This document shows positions 18,277-27,588 of a DNA stretch of 60,317 nucleotides, one piece after another. The translations under genes were made by a program, and so were the position numbers. The notes below the pieces were generated by a model, which searched no databases, was not told where the DNA came from, and was given only the letters and a program-made list of their open reading frames with translations. Origin of the DNA: a virus (lineage: Duplodnaviria; Caudoviricetes); IMG/VR virus record IMGVR_UViG_3300044841_000118, positions 1-60,317 of that record; one strand, 5' to 3'. Numbering within the stretch: the first letter of the stretch is position 1; each line of letters begins with the position of its first letter.

Positions 18277-18903
18277 TTAGCTGCCCATCACCTTCTTGGC
18301 GATTTTTGTGGCGCGTGGCGTATCGTCGTCATCGTCGCCGTCTACATCCGGTTCGTTGTCGGCGCAGCAGGACTTGTCTTCTACCGGATGCCCTTTCATA
18401 GAGCACCAGCGCGGACGCCCTTCGGAGTCGGGCTGATTCAGTATCCCTTCGCCGTACTCACAGCGCTCACACCCAAAGCCGCGCGGGTTCGGTGTGGTGC
18501 CGAAGTCCATGCGTGTGTCGTTGAATCGACCGCCGGGACAGTACTTCCCTTCCGGGTCGCCGAAATTCGTGACCTCCCAGAATCCGCAACTGGACTGGTG
18601 CGGCTTGGCGATCACTTCGGTGATACGGATGAGGCAGGCGTCGCCGGGGGCGAGCTTGTTGCAGGCCGCCGAAGACCCGTCCTTCAATCCGCCACAGAGG
18701 TAGGCACCCATGGGGTCGTACGTGTTGGAGAGGCCGCACCGCGAGTCTGCGTACTGCGCCAGCCGGACGCTGTCCATGCGGCGCTTCGCGTACATCACCT
18801 CGTCTTCCACGGTGATGCTGGTCGGCATGATGAACAGGCCGTCGTCGCCGACCGGTGCGTAAAGGATGGGTCTCCCCTGCTGCTTGTCTGTTTGTTTGCT
18901 CAT
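18277..18903 (-). CDS. Cys-rich protein (11 Cys), putative metal/Fe-S binding
   Basis: two Cys clusters; the second is CERC-x15-C-x11-CC. Confidence 0.6.
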   Translation of the reverse strand: MSKQTDKQQGRPILYAPVGDDGLFIMPTSITVEDEVMYAKRRMDSVRLAQYADSRCGLSNTYDPMGAYLCGGLKDGSSAACNKLAPGDACLIRITEVIAKPHQSSCGFWEVTNFGDPEGKYCPGGRFNDTRMDFGTTPNPRGFGCERCEYGEGILNQPDSEGRPRWCSMKGHPVEDKSCCADNEPDVDGDDDDDTPRATKIAKKVMGS

Positions 18904-18933
18904 ATCTTAGAAGCTCGGCATGGTTATGGGGCG

Positions 18934-19686
18934 TTACCCGCCCATGATTTTCTTGCCGATCGCGCCACCACCGGCTCCACCGAGGAACGCGTCCGCCGCG
19001 CCTCCGAGCAGGCCAGCCCCGATGTTCCATGGATTCGCCGCATCCGCCATCTGCGTGTTCTGTTGCGCGGAGTTATAAGCTGTGGTGCCTGCTCCAGTAG
19101 CCGACCCGGCTGCTGCGTTCGGGTTCTCGATACTGGATAGGGTGTTGAGACTGGACACCGCGTTGTTGTAGTTCGCGTTGCCCTGCTGGTACCCGGCGTT
19201 GGTGATGCCCAACTGCTGCTGCGACTGCTGCCCGGCCGCTGCGTTGGCATTCTGCGCTGCGATCTGAGAGGTCACACCCTGCGGGATCACCGCGTTGCCT
19301 CCGCCAGCCGCCGCGATGTTCTCGCCGGACGCTTGCTTGGCTGCTGCATAGTTCGCCGCAGTTCCGCTGTCTGCCTGTGTCCGCAGGGCCGCATCCTGTT
19401 GCGCACCGAAGCCGTACTGGCCGGGGCCGCCCTGCAAGGTCGACGTCAGCGAGTTCGTCAGATTGCCCAGCGTGGATGCCTGATTCTTGAATGTGGATCC
19501 GTAGTCGTTCTGCAGCGTGTTGTAGAAGCTCTGCTGTGAGTTGGCCAGGCTGGTCTGCTGCGAGCTCGGGCCTTTGCACAGCGCAATCGGCGAGCCTGCG
19601 GGCAGATCGTATCCTTCTTCGAAGACGCACACGTAGCGGCCTTCTTCATCATTCCAGCGGTACTCTGCCCTTGTGGTTATGCGCAC
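18934..19686 (-). CDS. DNA pilot/ejection protein (P22 gp7-like)
   Basis: LCKGPS processing-type motif; Q/A/G/N-rich; C-terminal Gly-rich hydrophobic tail. Confidence 0.65.
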   Translation of the reverse strand: MRITTRAEYRWNDEEGRYVCVFEEGYDLPAGSPIALCKGPSSQQTSLANSQQSFYNTLQNDYGSTFKNQASTLGNLTNSLTSTLQGGPGQYGFGAQQDAALRTQADSGTAANYAAAKQASGENIAAAGGGNAVIPQGVTSQIAAQNANAAAGQQSQQQLGITNAGYQQGNANYNNAVSSLNTLSSIENPNAAAGSATGAGTTAYNSAQQNTQMADAANPWNIGAGLLGGAADAFLGGAGGGAIGKKIMGG

Positions 19687-20147
19687 GTCTTCTTCTCCAG
19701 GTCAGACAGCCGCAGCCGGTAGACGGTATGCGGCAAACGTTCAAAAATCTGGTTGGCGGCCAGGGTCTCGGTGCCCTTGTCGCTGCTCAGGAAATAAATC
19801 TCGCCGGTTCCCTTCAGGTACCCCAGCGAAACTGCGAACTGCAGCAGTTCTTTCATCGCGCGGCTCACGTCTGGTTTGCTGATCCCCGGGCGAAAGGCCA
19901 TGCCTTCGAGGAACATCGGCGTCTCTGCTACGGGCCGGGGTTTGCTCTCAGCGTCGATCAGCAGCGGCTGCTGCAGCGGCAGGAAGGCCAGCGGGCCGTC
20001 CTCGTCGAACGCACACATGGTGATGGTGTTTTCATACGTCGCCACCATGGGATCGAAATCGCTCTGCTCGCGGTTCGCCATCGCCCACTCGAAGAACACC
20101 GGGGCTTCCTGTTCGCGCGCAATCCGGCAGTAGATGTGCGATCGCAC
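19677..20147 (-). CDS. GNAT-fold virion assembly protein (T7 gp13-like position)
   Basis: size, position before pilot protein, alpha/beta pattern. Confidence 0.45.
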   Translation of the reverse strand: MRSHIYCRIAREQEAPVFFEWAMANREQSDFDPMVATYENTITMCAFDEDGPLAFLPLQQPLLIDAESKPRPVAETPMFLEGMAFRPGISKPDVSRAMKELLQFAVSLGYLKGTGEIYFLSSDKGTETLAANQIFERLPHTVYRLRLSDLEKKTCA

Positions 20148-20551
20148 TAGCGATTCTCCTCAGACGAAACGATGGTCGGCGGACCGGGAATCTGCGGCAT
20201 CGGCATATACCCGCCGGGGAATGAGCGGGCAAACATGATAGGCAGCAGCGATTGCAGCCAGTGGCTGAGCGCACCGATGCTGGTTTGAATGGCGTCGATC
20301 TTGCCCCGCATCTCTTCGCGCGGAACGAACCTCTCACTCAGAGTGTCGAACTTGCCGGCGTGGTCATCCAGACGCTCCCCGTGGTCTACCAAGGTCTTGT
20401 TCGTTGTCTCTTCCCAAGCCGCGCGCGTCGCCTCGTTGGCCGCGTGTAGTTCCTTCTGCTGCAACAGCTGCTTGCGGTTGTTGTAGAGCAGGATGGCGAT
20501 GGTAACGAGTGGCGGGAGGACGTCGTGGAGATAGGGGGGAAGAGAGGTCAC
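20147..20551 (-). CDS. membrane-anchored coiled-coil protein
   Basis: N-terminal TM followed by coiled coil. Confidence 0.55.
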   Translation of the reverse strand: MTSLPPYLHDVLPPLVTIAILLYNNRKQLLQQKELHAANEATRAAWEETTNKTLVDHGERLDDHAGKFDTLSERFVPREEMRGKIDAIQTSIGALSHWLQSLLPIMFARSFPGGYMPMPQIPGPPTIVSSEENR

Positions 20552-20606
20552 GTGGGCCGGTGTGCTTTCGAGAGGATGGGTCTACGAAGGGCGGTGCGGG
20601 GTGCTA

Positions 20607-21104
20607 CTAAACCAAGGTGAGCGTCAGAACGCCGCTGACCACCTGCAACCGGTACGTGTTCCCATTGGTCGTATCAGGGATCACAATGCCGCCGGACGCG
20701 CTGGTGTCGAACTCTGGCGCGTGGACAGTGCCGGTAAAGGTGGCACCGGCAAGTGCTGCTCCGCCGATAGCGGCGAGGGTGCCGGATGGTAGGTCAGCGG
20801 TGGTGAGCGCGCGGAAGGTCGGCGCTGCTGCGGTGCCGCTCGCCGGGCCAGCCCAGAAGGTGTTGGCTGTCTGCGTCGCGAGTGTGGCGGTGATGGTTCC
20901 GTTCGCGGTCAGCGGGGATCCGGTGATGGTGAAGATACCGGGGAAAGTCAGGCCGACGCTCTGCAACGCGACGGCGAATGTCGCATCTTCGCGCAGAAAC
21001 TTTGTCGTGCCAGGCGTCGATCCCGGGTCAGGGACGAAGCCTGGCGCATGGTTCGGGCCGGAGGCACCCATCTGCGTGTTCTGTGTGAGAATCTTCGCCG
21101 ACAT
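20607..21104 (-). CDS. short tail fibre-like protein
   Basis: KFLREDATF, AGPASG.AAAPTFRAL, GATFTG, YRLQVVSGVL fibre motifs. Confidence 0.7.
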   Translation of the reverse strand: MSAKILTQNTQMGASGPNHAPGFVPDPGSTPGTTKFLREDATFAVALQSVGLTFPGIFTITGSPLTANGTITATLATQTANTFWAGPASGTAAAPTFRALTTADLPSGTLAAIGGAALAGATFTGTVHAPEFDTSASGGIVIPDTTNGNTYRLQVVSGVLTLTLV

Positions 21105-21892
21105 TAGAACACCACCAGAAGCGTGTGACCGGTAGTTGGGGCGGTCGTGAAATCGATCACCCATTCCCCGGCGATGATGTTCAACGTCGCAGCGGCGGAG
21201 ACCTGATAAAAGCCGTTGTCGAAGACATCTACGCTGGTTGTCTCGGGCGCTCCGCCGACGATGCGGAACCGGGTCGTAGTTCCGTTCGGCACCGGGGCGA
21301 GTGCGTACTGCGCGCGGTCATCGACAATGTCGGGGGTGAAGATAGCGAATGGCGTTGCGCTGGCGGCGGGTGCTGTGGTGAAGACCACTGTCCAGTTTCC
21401 GGACACCCGGTTCAGCGTGTAGTCGGTACCGGGAATCAGCAGATGCCCGTCCGCGCTGTAGACGTCCACGTACGCGCCGTTAGGTAGCCCCGTCGGGAAC
21501 GTGAATGAGGTGATTGTGCCGTCTGCGATAGGCGTGAGTCCGTACTGCTGCCGCGCGTCCACCGGTGTTGCGTACACAGCCGCCATCGTCACGCTGGCTG
21601 CGGGGGGTGTAACGAACGCCACCTGACTGCCGCTCAGGGTATACGCGCTGGTCGGTTGCAGCAGCCCGCCCACGAAGATGTCGGTGTAGCCGCCGGGGAC
21701 CGGCCCCTGGATGGTGAAGGATCCATTCGACCCATCCGGCACGGGCGTCGTGGGGTACTGCTGCCGCGTCGTCTGCGCGCTCACGGTGACGCTCTTGTTC
21801 AGCGTCGCTGTCCCGCCGCCGAACAGACCTGCCCCGGCCACGACGGTGACGCCGACAGTGCTCGAGACGGGTTGCGGGTAGAGTTGGGGCAT
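21104..21892 (-). CDS. virion protein with three tandem repeats
   Basis: RQQY...P..DG...F...VDV...FTTAP x3. Confidence 0.7.
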   Translation of the reverse strand: MPQLYPQPVSSTVGVTVVAGAGLFGGGTATLNKSVTVSAQTTRQQYPTTPVPDGSNGSFTIQGPVPGGYTDIFVGGLLQPTSAYTLSGSQVAFVTPPAASVTMAAVYATPVDARQQYGLTPIADGTITSFTFPTGLPNGAYVDVYSADGHLLIPGTDYTLNRVSGNWTVVFTTAPAASATPFAIFTPDIVDDRAQYALAPVPNGTTTRFRIVGGAPETTSVDVFDNGFYQVSAAATLNIIAGEWVIDFTTAPTTGHTLLVVF

Positions 21893-22593
21893 TAGGCTTG
21901 AATCACAGCGAACGAGAAGGACACGTTGAGGATCGTGCTGCTGCCTACCGGGTTGGTCACGGTGACATAGATCGTGCTGACGCGGGTGTTGTCGTCGTTG
22001 AACCCGATCACGATCGGTGAGCAGGTCCAGTCCATCTCATTGGGCGCCAGCAGCAGAAAGTCAGCGATGATGCCGGACTCTGAGCCGGGTACCACCGGGC
22101 TGGTCTGGCTGCGGCCCAGATCAGCAACCTGCGCGGCCTTGGTCGAGTACATCCGGATGCGCGCCGGCGCGTTGACAGTGACGTGAAGCAGAGCAAACAC
22201 CGTCGCCATCGAAACCGACACCTGGATGGACTGTCCCTGGTTCAGGACCGGTGTGGTCACCGAAGCATTCTGAATCGTCTGCGCCGCTACGCTGCTGCCC
22301 GTCGTGCCTGCGGAGGAAGAGCCACCAGTGCCGATAACCGTCGTGGTCGACCCCGACGAAGCTCCGCCGTTGTTGGTCGGCTGCGACGGCGTCATGGTGC
22401 GCGTCTGGGGAATCCCCGGCATGTCGAACTGGCGCAGCGAATCAGGGGTGACCGAGACCGGGGGCAGAGGACAGCGGAGGAAGTTCGGCGCGGCCTGCGC
22501 AGCCTTGACATCACCACCACTCGGCGTGGGCCGGGTGGTCGGCTCGTATCTCTCCCGGTTGATCGGTGCTGTCGCTTCTGCTAGGGTCGCCAT
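21892..22593 (-). CDS. tail-associated structural protein
   Basis: ATG 22593 coupled to nozzle stop; PARIRMY beta domain. Confidence 0.65.
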   Translation of the reverse strand: MATLAEATAPINRERYEPTTRPTPSGGDVKAAQAAPNFLRCPLPPVSVTPDSLRQFDMPGIPQTRTMTPSQPTNNGGASSGSTTTVIGTGGSSSAGTTGSSVAAQTIQNASVTTPVLNQGQSIQVSVSMATVFALLHVTVNAPARIRMYSTKAAQVADLGRSQTSPVVPGSESGIIADFLLLAPNEMDWTCSPIVIGFNDDNTRVSTIYVTVTNPVGSSTILNVSFSFAVIQA

Positions 22594-25500
22594 TATTTCT
22601 CGGAAGAATAGCCGCCGTACAATGTGAGACTTAGAAGCTCGTTGGCAGCGTCTTCTGCGGGCCATGCGAACTTGATCTGCATGTGACGGCAGATTGCGGG
22701 CAACTGTGTCTGCGAGAAGTACCGGCGGTCCATGTAGAGGGAGGCGCTGGCCGGCAGTTGCGTCGGGTCGGGAACGTTGTTCGGCAGCGCCTCGAAGGTT
22801 CCGGATATCTCGTCGAGCAGCACGCTAATCGACGCGCGCGACCCGAGAGCACTGGCGTCCGTCGTCAGGAAGGAGAGTTCGGCAATCTGGCCGGGCAGTG
22901 CGAGCACTAGCGAACCGATGATGCCGAATGCTGTGAAGGCCGTACCGTTGTCAGTGTTGGCGGACAGGTTGCGCTGCAGGAGTTGGCCGGATCCGGTGGG
23001 TCCGACCAGTAGTTTGTGCACGCCCGGGGTGATCTCGATGGACTGGACCGCCTTGACGCCGCCAGTTATGGTCGCGAACGGACTCCACATCATGCCGGTC
23101 TCGGGCGCGGGCGTGGGGCACAGCCGGTACCATCCGGTCGAACCGTTCGCCACGTACAAGGCCTTGTCCTGTGAGCCGTCCACATGCCAGCTGACGTACA
23201 CCTGCGTCGGGTCCCACAACTGAAGCTGGTCGCCGATCGGGAAGCCCACTTCGGAGACTCCGGAGCTCGGGTCGAGCGCGATCAACTGCCGGTCGGCCGT
23301 GAAGAGGTAGATCAGCGTGCCGTTGACATCCAGCGCGTTGTAGGAGAGCAGCCCGATGCCGGTGAGGTACGGCGTGAACAGCAGCGGACTGTTCGCGGTT
23401 GCGTTGCCGACGCCCAGGTAGATGTCTGAGACGGTGAAGACCAGCAGGCCGATAGATGTCGGCACCATGCGCTTCACCGCGCTGGGAAAGGTCGCGAAGT
23501 TGATCGGCTGAAATCCGTTCGTGCCGTTGCCGATGGGCGTGTCCGGGCCGGTCGACCAGTACACCGTGTTGCCCAGCGAGACGAAGATCCGGCCAAGGTG
23601 GTAGGTCAGGTTGACCACTCCCACCAGTGGTGGCGTGTTCTGTAGCGCCGTTGGTGCCTGCAGCAGGATGTTCAGTCCGCGGTCGGTGGTCGTGTCTGTA
23701 TACCCATTGGCGAGATAGTCCTGAATCGCAAGCGTGTACGGGGTGTTTCCCGGGCCGGGGATCAGGAAGAAAGTCGCGCCGCCGTCCTGTGTCCGGAAAA
23801 TGGCCACGTAATCAACCTGCGGGTCATAATTCGCCGGGATGCCGCCGCTCACCGCTACGCCCGTGGAGGCGCGGAAGTTGCCAGTCGCCGCAGTGATCGG
23901 GCTGACATTCGACACCGTGTCGTCCAGCGTGTTGACCAGCGAAATGCAATACTCCCACCCGCCGTTGACTGTGGTCAGCGTGCCAGTGGGTGGCGAGCTC
24001 GCCTGCCCCTGGTTGATCCAGAGCAGGTTCGGATTGTCGGCGGTCGTCCCGGAAAATGTGGTGGAGAATGACGGCTGCGTCGTCCCGGACTTACCCGCTT
24101 CATACGGGTTCTGGGTGTTGTTGTTCGGGTCGATGATGTCCGCGGTCGTGATGTATGAGGTCAGCGCGATCCATGCGTAATCCGCGACCGGGCCGATGTT
24201 CGTCCAGGTGAGCGCGCCCTGCGACTCGGACACCGTCGGATAGCTCGGGGCGAAGCTCGTGTTCCAAGCCGGCCAGATGGGTTGGGTTGCACCGCTCTCT
24301 GCGGGGTCCGGGATGATGTTTTGCCCGTTGACAGTGACCTGCAGAGTCTGGCCGGAGTGGTACCAGTAGTCCCAATCGATCTCGATGGGATACGTGCCGG
24401 CGGAGGGGAAATTCACCACCACCGAGTCGGTATTCGTGCCCGCCATGTTCGTGCATCCGAACACCGGGAAATTGCTCACCGCCGTCGTGGTCTGGCCGAT
24501 GGGGTTGGTGGTGAGGCCGCTCACCATCTCGGCGCCGCCGCCGATGCCCCAGATCAGGCCGTCCTGATGGATGAGGCTGAAGGTGTACTGCCCCGGCGCA
24601 GGGACTTCGATGTTGGCGATCAGCGCGAGCGCGTAGTTCTCTGAGTTGCTGGGGAACGGGACCGTGTACCCGGTGGTCTCGCCCGCGCCGTTCAGCGTCG
24701 CCCACTGCACTGGCTTGCGGTTCGGGTTCGCTGGCGGATTGAACAGGAAGCTGTTGCCGGAAGCGGTCGCCACTGCGCTGCCCGTGGTTGTCGGGAAGGT
24801 GAGGATGCAAGCGCCCACCGGCCCGCTGTGCGGCGCGTTGTAGAGGTAGGCGTTGATCGCCCCGGTGGTCTTGATGCCGGAGAAGCCTTCAAGCTTGAAC
24901 AGGCAGGGTGTGCCGACGGCTGTACCGATGATGAACTGGCCTTGCGGGTACGTGGTATGTGGATGCCATACCAGCGAGGCCGCCGTCTGGATCATCGTCC
25001 AAATGGCCGTGCCGTCTGTCGTGGTCGTACCGACGGAAGTAGCCCATGCCGGGGCGCTGTTGCTGCTCGTGCCCGCAGTTGTCACCTTCTGCAGGTTGCC
25101 GTTGCTGTCGATGACGACTGGGTCGTTCGCGTAGAACGTGTTTGGCTGCCAGGAGTTGCTCTGACCCCCGTGAACGATGGTCGGCTTGACACTCGGCGCG
25201 GCGATGCCCCAGTTCTGGAGCGGGTTGCCGCGATTCACCCAGATGATCGTGCCGTCGTAGGTCTTGCCGAGCAGCGTCGTGTTCCAGGTCGGCTGCGTGG
25301 TGCCGGTGATCGCAGTGCCGCCGGAGAGCACGGCGGCTTTGCCAGTATCGGCGACGCTGGTGTCTGCATGGGTGAAGTTGTTCGTGAACGACGCGGTGAA
25401 GGTCGTGCCGCTCACTGCGGTGATGGTGACGGTCTGGCCGTTCAGCCAGGTCGCTGTGCTCAGGCCAGAGAACCGGATGCTCAGGTCAACGGCGAGGATC

Positions 25501-26147
25501 GCGCTGATGTCAGCGGTGCAGGTGATCGTCAGGACGTTGCTGGCCACCGCGACGTGCGCCACCGTGGCGAAGACGCCGAACAACTGCTGCATGTTTCCGT
25601 TCGGGTCGATCAGGAAAGTCTGGGTGCTGGCGATGTCCAGCGTGGTGTTGGCGGTCCATGCGAGCAGCGAGTTCTGCAGCTTCTTTTGGTCAATGCCGTT
25701 GCCGAAGAACAGGCAGTTGGCGACGCTCTGCATGTAGCTTTGGCCAGCGCCAGCGCTCTTTGTCCACAAAATGGACTTGGTGCTCGCCCCTGTCGCGTTG
25801 TAGAGACCGTCGGCCTGGTCGGCCAGTACTTTGATCTGCTCGGTACGCGCGTTGAACAGCCGCAGTTCGTAGAAGAAGTCGACCGCGTTGAAGGTCTGGG
25901 AGTTGTAGACCGTGTGCCCGGGTCGACGGATGGCAGTCAGTCGGTTGGAGAGTTCGATGTTGCTGCCATCGATGAACGCATCACCGCGTGGCCCGTAGAA
26001 CTTCTCCTCCATACGCGTGCTCGCGGCATCGCGCAGGGGGCTGCGCTGCGTCCACAGGCCGGTACAGAAGCGACCGGTCCAGAGAGGGGCGTAGTGGGAA
26101 CTACGCAGCGCCTGCGCGCCTGCTAGTTGAAGGGCATTTCCAGACAT
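22593..26147 (-). CDS. tail nozzle (P22 gp10/T7 gp12-like) with large inserted repeat and PA14-like region
   Basis: N-terminal SNIEL...RRPG; C-terminal propeller-like GRIFV..G..VYWS and CRHMQIKF. Confidence 0.7.
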   Translation of the reverse strand: MSGNALQLAGAQALRSSHYAPLWTGRFCTGLWTQRSPLRDAASTRMEEKFYGPRGDAFIDGSNIELSNRLTAIRRPGHTVYNSQTFNAVDFFYELRLFNARTEQIKVLADQADGLYNATGASTKSILWTKSAGAGQSYMQSVANCLFFGNGIDQKKLQNSLLAWTANTTLDIASTQTFLIDPNGNMQQLFGVFATVAHVAVASNVLTITCTADISAILAVDLSIRFSGLSTATWLNGQTVTITAVSGTTFTASFTNNFTHADTSVADTGKAAVLSGGTAITGTTQPTWNTTLLGKTYDGTIIWVNRGNPLQNWGIAAPSVKPTIVHGGQSNSWQPNTFYANDPVVIDSNGNLQKVTTAGTSSNSAPAWATSVGTTTTDGTAIWTMIQTAASLVWHPHTTYPQGQFIIGTAVGTPCLFKLEGFSGIKTTGAINAYLYNAPHSGPVGACILTFPTTTGSAVATASGNSFLFNPPANPNRKPVQWATLNGAGETTGYTVPFPSNSENYALALIANIEVPAPGQYTFSLIHQDGLIWGIGGGAEMVSGLTTNPIGQTTTAVSNFPVFGCTNMAGTNTDSVVVNFPSAGTYPIEIDWDYWYHSGQTLQVTVNGQNIIPDPAESGATQPIWPAWNTSFAPSYPTVSESQGALTWTNIGPVADYAWIALTSYITTADIIDPNNNTQNPYEAGKSGTTQPSFSTTFSGTTADNPNLLWINQGQASSPPTGTLTTVNGGWEYCISLVNTLDDTVSNVSPITAATGNFRASTGVAVSGGIPANYDPQVDYVAIFRTQDGGATFFLIPGPGNTPYTLAIQDYLANGYTDTTTDRGLNILLQAPTALQNTPPLVGVVNLTYHLGRIFVSLGNTVYWSTGPDTPIGNGTNGFQPINFATFPSAVKRMVPTSIGLLVFTVSDIYLGVGNATANSPLLFTPYLTGIGLLSYNALDVNGTLIYLFTADRQLIALDPSSGVSEVGFPIGDQLQLWDPTQVYVSWHVDGSQDKALYVANGSTGWYRLCPTPAPETGMMWSPFATITGGVKAVQSIEITPGVHKLLVGPTGSGQLLQRNLSANTDNGTAFTAFGIIGSLVLALPGQIAELSFLTTDASALGSRASISVLLDEISGTFEALPNNVPDPTQLPASASLYMDRRYFSQTQLPAICRHMQIKFAWPAEDAANELLSLTLYGGYSSEK

Positions 26148-26159
26148 TCGGGGAGGGGT

Positions 26160-26328
26160 GCCGCGCTCTCACGGCTGTCACACCACTTAGCGACCCACGC
26201 AATGCGTGTTTTGGGCGGTCGCTTTATCTAGCAGCAGGTGTCGCTGGATGGGACTCCACCGGGTAGGTTGTTGCGGGTCCGGCTGCGAGGCTCCCAAATC
26301 GCCGCGCTCTGGCGGCCGTCACACCACT
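26160..26328 (-). repeat. 28-nt direct repeat hairpin x2 in a structured intergenic leader
   Basis: 26160-26187 and 26301-26328, 25/28 identical: AGTGGTGTGACRGCCGYSAGAGCGCGGC. Confidence 0.75.
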
Positions 26329-26442
26329 ACGTACTTATCAGGAACGCCCCAAGGTGTCGGGGTCACCGCTGCATCAGTCCCACTCTCAGGCAAACCCGAC
26401 GTGACAGAGGGCGCGAATAGGGGAGCAGCAGCACACTGTCCA

Positions 26443-26478
26443 GAAAATGGAAAGGGCAGGCGAGGAAACGCCTACCCT
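26443..26478 (-). terminator. intrinsic terminator/attenuator
   Basis: AGGGTAGGCG/CGCCTGCCCT stem then TTCCATTTT. Confidence 0.6.
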
Positions 26479-26522
26479 ATTAGATGCATTCTACGAGGAA
26501 ATCGCTCGGCTTTTTCTAGAAG

Positions 26523-27584
26523 CTAACCGCCGAATGGCCAGCCGGGTCCGATCGCCGCGCCCCCGTAGTAGCTGCCCGACTCCATCAGCCCACTGGAGGG
26601 GTACATGACGAAGTTCTCCTGCTCGCGGTCGGCTGCGCGCAGTGCGGTCATCAGGGTCGTTTCCCAGCCTGCCATGGTAGCGGCAGCTTTGGCGCTCCCG
26701 GCGTGCTCCATCAGATACGCCTTCAGGCCCTGCCGGAACAGGTACGCCATGTTGTTGGGCAGCGGGTAGATCGTGCTCTGCAGGTTCACGAACACGGGCG
26801 GGTTCCGCTGGTAGACCGGGTAGATCAGCCAGCAGAGTCCGCAGATGGCCGGCACCGGGTCCATGCGGACAGCCGCGCCGTCCGGGTCGGCCACTGTCCA
26901 TATAACGGACCCGTCCTGCACCGTGGTGCCAGGAGCCGAAAGTGTCGGCAGTGAGGGCTGGGTGCTTCCGCTCACCCCGTAAGGGCTGTTCGTCAGCGAG
27001 ATGGTGTCGCCGGTGAACCCCGGCGATACGCGATTCAATCCGAGCACCGTGCTGTCTATGTAGAGCAGATTCCCGTTGGCGTCCATGAACTGCTGCACCG
27101 GGGTGATGGGTGTCTGGGCGACGCCGTACCCGCAGGAGTAGACCGTGTTCGGCTGCCAGGTTCCCAGGATCGCGAGCTTGTTGGGGATCACGTTGAAGTC
27201 AAACGGCGACCCCTGCAGCGACTGCGGGTTCAGGTCGCGCACCGCTTCCGTGGTGAACTCCGGCTTCATCGCCAGGTTGCCGTTATTTGTGTTGTTGTTG
27301 ATGTCGACGCGGGTCACGCTCTCGAGCCAGCCCACGTCGGAGACCTGCGTCAGGTAGTCCTGTTGCAGCGCGACGGTGAGGAACGAAGGGATGAGCGCGC
27401 GGTTCCACTTCCAGTCCATCCCCTGCGCGAAGATCCGCTGCATCACGTCATTCGCCAGCGTCAGCGCGGGTTCTGTCGAGTAGCCGGTCGTCCCCAGGAT
27501 CGGGACGAGTTCGGGATACGTGCGAAGGAAGTTGACGATGCCTTGCAGCGTCAGACTGTTGTTGGTCGTTGTGAGTATGGGCAT
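26523..27584 (-). CDS. head-tail adaptor (tail tubular A-like), paralogue 2, with insertion
   Basis: PALTLANDVMQ...WKWNR...QQDY...GWLES. Confidence 0.7.
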   Translation of the reverse strand: MPILTTTNNSLTLQGIVNFLRTYPELVPILGTTGYSTEPALTLANDVMQRIFAQGMDWKWNRALIPSFLTVALQQDYLTQVSDVGWLESVTRVDINNNTNNGNLAMKPEFTTEAVRDLNPQSLQGSPFDFNVIPNKLAILGTWQPNTVYSCGYGVAQTPITPVQQFMDANGNLLYIDSTVLGLNRVSPGFTGDTISLTNSPYGVSGSTQPSLPTLSAPGTTVQDGSVIWTVADPDGAAVRMDPVPAICGLCWLIYPVYQRNPPVFVNLQSTIYPLPNNMAYLFRQGLKAYLMEHAGSAKAAATMAGWETTLMTALRAADREQENFVMYPSSGLMESGSYYGGAAIGPGWPFGG

Positions 27585-27588
27585 GGGT

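Noticed and set aside
26160-26328. CRISPR mini-array or HK022 put site
   Set aside because: Only two repeats 113 nt apart and no cas genes; GAGCGCGGC lacks the complementary strand of the put stem
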